From an uncultured candidate division Zixibacteria bacterium (lineage in GTDB: Bacteria; Zixibacteria; MSB-5A5; GN15; PGXB01): a DNA stretch of 64,000 nucleotides. Below, in pieces: positions 58,760 to 64,000 of the stretch. The position numbers were made by a program, and so were the translations under genes. Numbering within the stretch: the first letter of the stretch is position 1; each line of letters begins with the position of its first letter. Below the pieces are notes generated by a model. That model did not search any database. It was not told the DNA's origin and worked only from the letters and a program-made list of their open reading frames with translations. The stretch lies in assembly GCA_963702205.1 (NCBI GenBank), contig OY969724.1, positions 64,001 through 128,000 of the forward strand. Direction: 5' to 3'.

Positions 58760-59868
58760 CTCTTTTCAAGAATAAAAAGGGGCATCTGATCAGCGATCAA
58801 AAGCCCCTTTTTTGTCGGGACAATTATATTGCCTTTAATCTCAATGTGGCCAGAAGATACCAGGCCTGATATCTTCTCCATTGCCCCGGTAATATCTGAA
58901 AATTCATCTATCATTACACCTTCCGTGGTCCTCAGGCCCAGTGAAACCTTTTCCAGGATTTCCTGTTCCTCCGATAATACCTCAAAATCTTCGACAGGAA
59001 GTTTTCCGCTTTCGAGGTCTAAACAATATTTCCTGACCGATCTGAAATTCCACCATCTTTTTTTTCCGTCAAAAGAGTGGGCAGACGGACCAAGCCCCAG
59101 GTATGGGATACGCTGCCAGTATTTCATATTATGCCCTGATCTTAACGCACGGTTTTTTGCAAAATTTGATACCTCATAATGGATATAACCATGCTGTTCC
59201 AGATAATCCGATGTTTCAAGGAAGAATCTGCTGGCAGAATCCTCTGAAAGTTCTTTTAACGTCCCTTTATTTTTCATCGCATTAAATACTGTTTTTCCTT
59301 CTATTGTAAGCTGATAGCATGAGATATGTTCGGGGCTGAAGGAAAGGGCCTTTTCCATCGTCTGAATCCATTGTGCAGGGGTTTGATCCTTAAGACCATA
59401 AATAAGATCTATACCGACATTATCAAAACCGGCATCTCTGAGGCCTTTTATTGCCCTTTCGCAATCCGCAGCGCTGTGACGTCTTCCGAGAAAGAGCAGG
59501 TCCCTGTCATTGAATGATTGAATCCCCAGGTTTATTCTGTTGATCCCCAGTGATTTTATACCTGCGATTTTATCCGGAGTCATGTCCCCAGGATTTGCCT
59601 CGACAGTAATCTCCGCACCATCCTTAAGATTGAAGCTGGCTGCTATAGAGTCAAATATTTCTTCAATTGTACCGGTTTCAAGCAGAGACGGTGTTCCGCC
59701 ACCAAGGTATATGGTATCAAAGCAGCCAAATCTCCCGGCGTAAAGCAAAATCTCCTTTTTCAGAGATTCTATCCAGCTCCGGACGAGAGAGGTTGACGCA
59801 ATGGAATAAAAATCGCAATAGGGACATTTTGACCTGCAGAAAGGGATGTGGATGTAGAGGCCATCCAT
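58756..59868 (-). CDS. hemW: Radical SAM heme chaperone HemW
   Basis: LYIHIPFCRSKCPYCDF, GGGTPS, YEVSNFA, HNMKYW. Confidence 0.93.
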   Translation of the reverse strand: MDGLYIHIPFCRSKCPYCDFYSIASTSLVRSWIESLKKEILLYAGRFGCFDTIYLGGGTPSLLETGTIEEIFDSIAASFNLKDGAEITVEANPGDMTPDKIAGIKSLGINRINLGIQSFNDRDLLFLGRRHSAADCERAIKGLRDAGFDNVGIDLIYGLKDQTPAQWIQTMEKALSFSPEHISCYQLTIEGKTVFNAMKNKGTLKELSEDSASRFFLETSDYLEQHGYIHYEVSNFAKNRALRSGHNMKYWQRIPYLGLGPSAHSFDGKKRWWNFRSVRKYCLDLESGKLPVEDFEVLSEEQEILEKVSLGLRTTEGVMIDEFSDITGAMEKISGLVSSGHIEIKGNIIVPTKKGLLIADQMPLFILEKS

Positions 59869-59870
59869 CC

Positions 59871-61664
59871 TTAATCATTATCCGACTTAAACACCGCCAC
59901 AAATGCGCTCTGAGGGATAGAAACCGCACCTATCATCTTCATTCTCTCTTTCCCTTTTTCTGCTTTTCGAGGAGTTTGCGCTTACGCGAGATATCTCCGC
60001 CATAGCACTTGGCAGTAACATCCTTCCTGAAGGCATTTATGGTGCTTCTAGCAATGATGGTCCCGCCTATGGCGCCCTGGATAGGTATTTTAAACATATG
60101 CCTGGGGATTTCTTCCTTTAGCTTATCACAGGCGTGTACCGCCCTAGCCCTCGCCCGGTCACGGTGAACGATTTGAGAAAGTGCATCAACCTTTTCAGAA
60201 TTGACAAGGATATCCAGTTTAACAAGATCGTTTTTCCGGTAATCCAGCATGTCATAATCAAATGACCCATAGCCCTGTGTAACGGTCTTGAGTTTATCAT
60301 AAAAATCATAAAGTATCTCTGCAAGGGGCATGTCAAAGTTGATCTCGACCCTTCCCGGAGTAGGATAGTTGAACCTGGCGTTTTCGCCCCTTCTCTCAAG
60401 ACACAGGTCCATTACAACCCCCATATACCTTTCGGGGATCAATATGTTAGTCTTTATATATGGTTCCAGAGAAGTTTGTATGGTTGCCGGATCAGGATAA
60501 TAAAGAGGATTATCCACACTGATCTTTTCACCGCTTGTCAGCTCAAAGTGATATTCAACCGAAGGGACAGTCATGATGATGGACTGGTCAAATTCTCTTT
60601 CAAGCCGTTCCTGTACTATCTCCAGATGCAATAACCCCAGGAAACCGCACCTGAAGCCCATCCCGAGGGCTGCCGATGAGTCCTTCTGGTATACAAAGGC
60701 CGCGTCATTGAGCTTGTATTTCTCGAGGGCGTCGGTCAAGGACCCGTAATCCTCCGATGAGATCGGGTATATTGACGAAAATACCACTGGTTTTACTTCC
60801 CTGAACCCGGGCAGTGGTTTAGGGGCAGGACTGCTGTCAAGGGTGATAGTGTCACCGATACTTGTATCGCTTACAGTCTTTATCCCTGCTATTATGTAGC
60901 CCACATCACCGGCCGAGAGGCACTTGAGGGGCTCTCTCTTGATTCCGAATCTGCCCACCTCTTCTACCTTGTAGGCTGCCCCATTGGACATGAATCTGAT
61001 AACCTCACGCGGTACCAGCTTTCCCGAAAAAACCCTGCAGCATACAACAGTGCCCCTGAAGGGATCATAATCAGCATCAAAAATAAGTGCCTGCAGCGGG
61101 CCGTCAGGGTCACCCGTCGGAGGAGGTACATATTCTACTATGGCCTCCATAATATCCTCGATGCCGATTCCCTCCTTTGCGGAGCAGAGGATTGCCATGT
61201 CGGAGTCAAGGCCAAGATCTATCTCTATCTGTTCCTTTACCCTCTCAACATCGGCCGAAGCAAGATCTATCTTGTTGATCACCGGTATTATTTCAAGATC
61301 CTGCTCAAGTGCGGTGTAAAGGTTCGCCAGTGTCTGGGCCTCAACACCCTGTGACGCGTCGATAACGAGCAGCGCACCCTCACAAGAGGCAAGGGCCCTG
61401 GATACTTCATATGAAAAGTCCACATGCCCGGGTGTGTCGATAAGGTTCAGTTCAAACTGTTCGCCTTTTTTATTTGTATATGGAAGAGTAATGGCCTGAC
61501 TCTTTATAGTAATACCCCTCTCTCTCAATATCCATGCTGTCAAGAATCTGGTCCCTGAACTGTCGTTCGTCAACCATGCCCGTATACTGAATCAATCTAT
61601 CGGCGAGTGTGGACTTGCCATGGTCAATATGTGCTATTATGCTGAAATTTCTTATGTTCTTCAT
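59871..61664 (-). CDS. lepA: Elongation factor 4 (two frameshifts)
   Basis: [59 protein letters not shown]; an AG is missing at about 61520 and an A at about 59947 (restores [17 protein letters not shown]). Confidence 0.96.
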
Positions 61665-61978
61665 ATTTTTTAATAATTCTTTCGATCCTGTTTATATTCC
61701 ACCATTCATGGTGGCATGTAGAATTCCACCCCACGAAAAATCCCCGGAAAATACAAGGCGGGATTTTACACCCCGCCGAATTCCAATTCCGCTATTCTAT
61801 TTGAAATAACAAGAAAGTATAGGAGAAAACAAACCCTGCGTCGAGAAAAAAGATAATGGGAAAAAACATCCCGGATAATTGACTGTCAATTCTCAACGCC
61901 TGTTCGTTTAAGGTGATATTTGACAGCCGATGCACAATTGTTTTTGAGCGGTTTTTTTTAATCTATTCTTATTGATGA

Positions 61979-62380
61979 TTAATAAAGGTCATAATCACTG
62001 ATCTTCCATCGCTCAAGTTTTTTAAAACCATCTCTGGCCGCTTCCTGAAGCAACCCAACACCTGCCGGTTTTGTAAAAAAATTATCAAAACCGGCAAGAC
62101 GGCATTCCATCAAAGAAAAAAGGTAAGTATAACCTGTAAGGGCGTATATTATCCCCATGTAATTGTCTTTCCGGAGTTTTCTGCATAGCTTAACACCGTT
62201 CATCCCCGCCAGACTAAGGTCGAGGAATATGAGCATAATGCTCTCATTTTTTAATATATCCACTGCCCTGTCAGCAGATTCAGCCAGATAGATCTTCTAT
62301 TCTGTCTGTGCGAATACTTTTTTAAACAACGCCCTGATCGCTTCTTCGTCATCCACTACAAGAATTTTTTTATCCGTCAT
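61979..62380 (-). pseudogene. Single-domain response regulator with an in-frame TAG at 62297-62299
   Basis: MTDKKILVVDDEEAIR...E*KIYLAESA...IFLDL...ALTG...KP, all in one frame. Confidence 0.8.
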
Positions 62381-62400
62381 ACCTTCCTCATTCGCTATTA

Positions 62401-63605
62401 TTAGATACGATAGTCTTCGGAAGACCTGTCAATATCTATTATCTCACCCTTCAGGTATTTTTTGTTTTGTATCTGGTAATATACATTAACTTTTTAATTA
62501 TATCCCCGATCCTTATTATCTGCTCTTTGATTCTGTTTACACTGTCGTAATCAGGATTATCTTTGTCCATATTCATCAGTATTATGTCGGAATATCCATA
62601 GATTACCTGCAGGGGCTGATTCAGTTCATGGCAGATTGCCCCGGCCATCTCAATAACGCCCTGAAGCTTTTCTTTTTGCAGTTTTTCCTCCTCAGAATGC
62701 TTGCGTTCGCTTATATCGATAAAACTTTCAATAAGACATCTTCGGCCATCCAGCACTATGGGGATAACCGATTTGTGAATGGGGCATCTTCCACGATCCG
62801 CTGTAAGTAACTCCTGTTCGGAATCGTCAACATCCTGCCCCATATCAGTGATAGGGCATATACCATCCTCTCCTGAAAAAAAGAATTGCTGACAATTAGC
62901 ACCGATGATCCGGGATTTGGGCGCACCGATCATTGAAACCGCTTTCTGGTTTGCATCTATTATCTCATGGGTTTCCGAATCAATGAGAACAATTCCGGTC
63001 GGCAGGGAAAACAATATCCTTTCTATGCGTTCCTTGCTTTCCCTCAACTCCTTTTCGGCCTTGATTCGTTCATGGTATTCAATACTGCCGATGGCATTTG
63101 CCGTATTCCGGAGAATAATAGACAGCAGATCGAATGAGGCATCTTGAGTTTTTTCCTTATCCGGAGGAAATACGCCGACAAATATTCCCCTTATCCTGGA
63201 ACGTGTCGCAATTACATGAAGAAGGATCTGCCTTTTCTGATCCCTGGACAGAAGTAAAACCCCCCTCCTTTCACGGATGGCCCACGCAACAAAACCCTTT
63301 TCAATAAAGAATTCCATTTCATCTTCAATCAACTGCCTGTATTTTTCCGGCCTGCATAATGACAGCAGGAGGTCCGAATTGTCCTGGTGCACAGAATAGA
63401 AGGCACATGCCTCAAATGGCATAAGGTTTTTAACACGGGTTTCCGTTTCTTCATAAATCTGGCAGGTTGTATATTCGTTTCCTATTTCTTTATAGAAATC
63501 ACTTAAAGACAGCGCCATTTCCAGTGAATTCTGGACGAAACGCCTGTTGTCTTCCAGATATTCAATACGGGCTTCCAGTCTTTTTCTCTCATCATTTTTT
63601 TCCAT
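62401..63605 (-). CDS. GAF/PAS protein with HisKA domain (frameshift near C-terminus)
   Basis: PAS, AICHELNQPLQ; adding one A at about 62458 gives TRYKTKKYLKGEIIDIDRSS. Confidence 0.8.
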
Positions 63606-63690
63606 AATATCTATTTCTCATGGCAGCAAATCAGGATTTACTAAACAGAACCCATGATAACCCGGTAATGTTGTTCCTTAATTCTCCCAA

Positions 63691-64000
63691 TTATTTCTCC
63701 TGCTTCATACCCGTGAAAAAGGTCTCAAGTGCCGATAGTTGATGTATCGCCTGTCTTTCTATTAACTCGAATATAGCCGGTGATATGTTAAACTGTTCCC
63801 AGGCATTGGTATCAAGACGAGGCACAAAAACATCTCCACTGCTCCCTAATCCAAGCCCATTGGCAATAATGTCCGCCATATGAACAATCGTTGAATTTTC
63901 CGGGTAATGAGCGGATAGGGGAGAATGGTGAAACACAATATTATTTTCCAGAGAAATCGGGAGCTTCCATTTTTTTAACAGGTGTTTTGCTATATCAGTG
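63691..64000 (-). CDS. HDOD-domain protein (5' end outside the window)
   Basis: LLKKWKLPISLENNIVFHHSP...IVHMADIIA. Confidence 0.75.
   Translation of the reverse strand, partial: TDIAKHLLKKWKLPISLENNIVFHHSPLSAHYPENSTIVHMADIIANGLGLGSSGDVFVPRLDTNAWEQFNISPAIFELIERQAIHQLSALETFFTGMKQEK

Noticed and set aside
2836..62463. Frameshifts in the AAA ATPase (about 2836), prfC (about 20013), the UDG-like gene (about 25471), lepA (about 61520 and 59947) and the PAS gene (about 62458) as programmed frameshifting or phase variation
   Set aside because: All are 1-2 nt indels in homopolymer or AG-rich runs, including in highly conserved genes. This pattern fits long-read consensus error; prfC and lepA are not known recoding genes.

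Overview
The window looks like chromosomal DNA of a sulfate-reducing deltaproteobacterium (Desulfobacterota-like; inferred from the tmcDCBA operon, rubrerythrin and hgcAB). Left arm (1-22 kb): a MarR-hgcA-hgcB mercury-methylation locus, assorted housekeeping and signalling genes, a TonB receptor-YfiR-hybrid kinase module, tex and prfC. Centre (22.3-41.4 kb): a complete AT-rich integron with intI, attI and about 24 cassettes. The array carries three related ORF-less cassettes with conserved, apparently structured sequence, one exactly duplicated cassette, and defence-like cargo (HEPN-like, UDG-like, QatD-like, Shedu/DUF4263-like, VapBC, HicB). Three kinds of parasite sit inside it: an inverted-repeat-flanked HUH (RAYT-like) element abutting a truncated relative, an IS1380 with a 5-bp target duplication, and an 810-nt ORF-less group II intron inserted in an attC site. 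Right arm (41.4-64 kb): dnaJ-like, glk, slyD, uup, a sigma54-type activator, tmcDCBA, hemW, lepA and signalling genes. Several conserved genes are split by 1-2 nt indels in simple repeats, most likely sequencing or assembly error. All product calls come from motifs recognised by eye; no database search was run.
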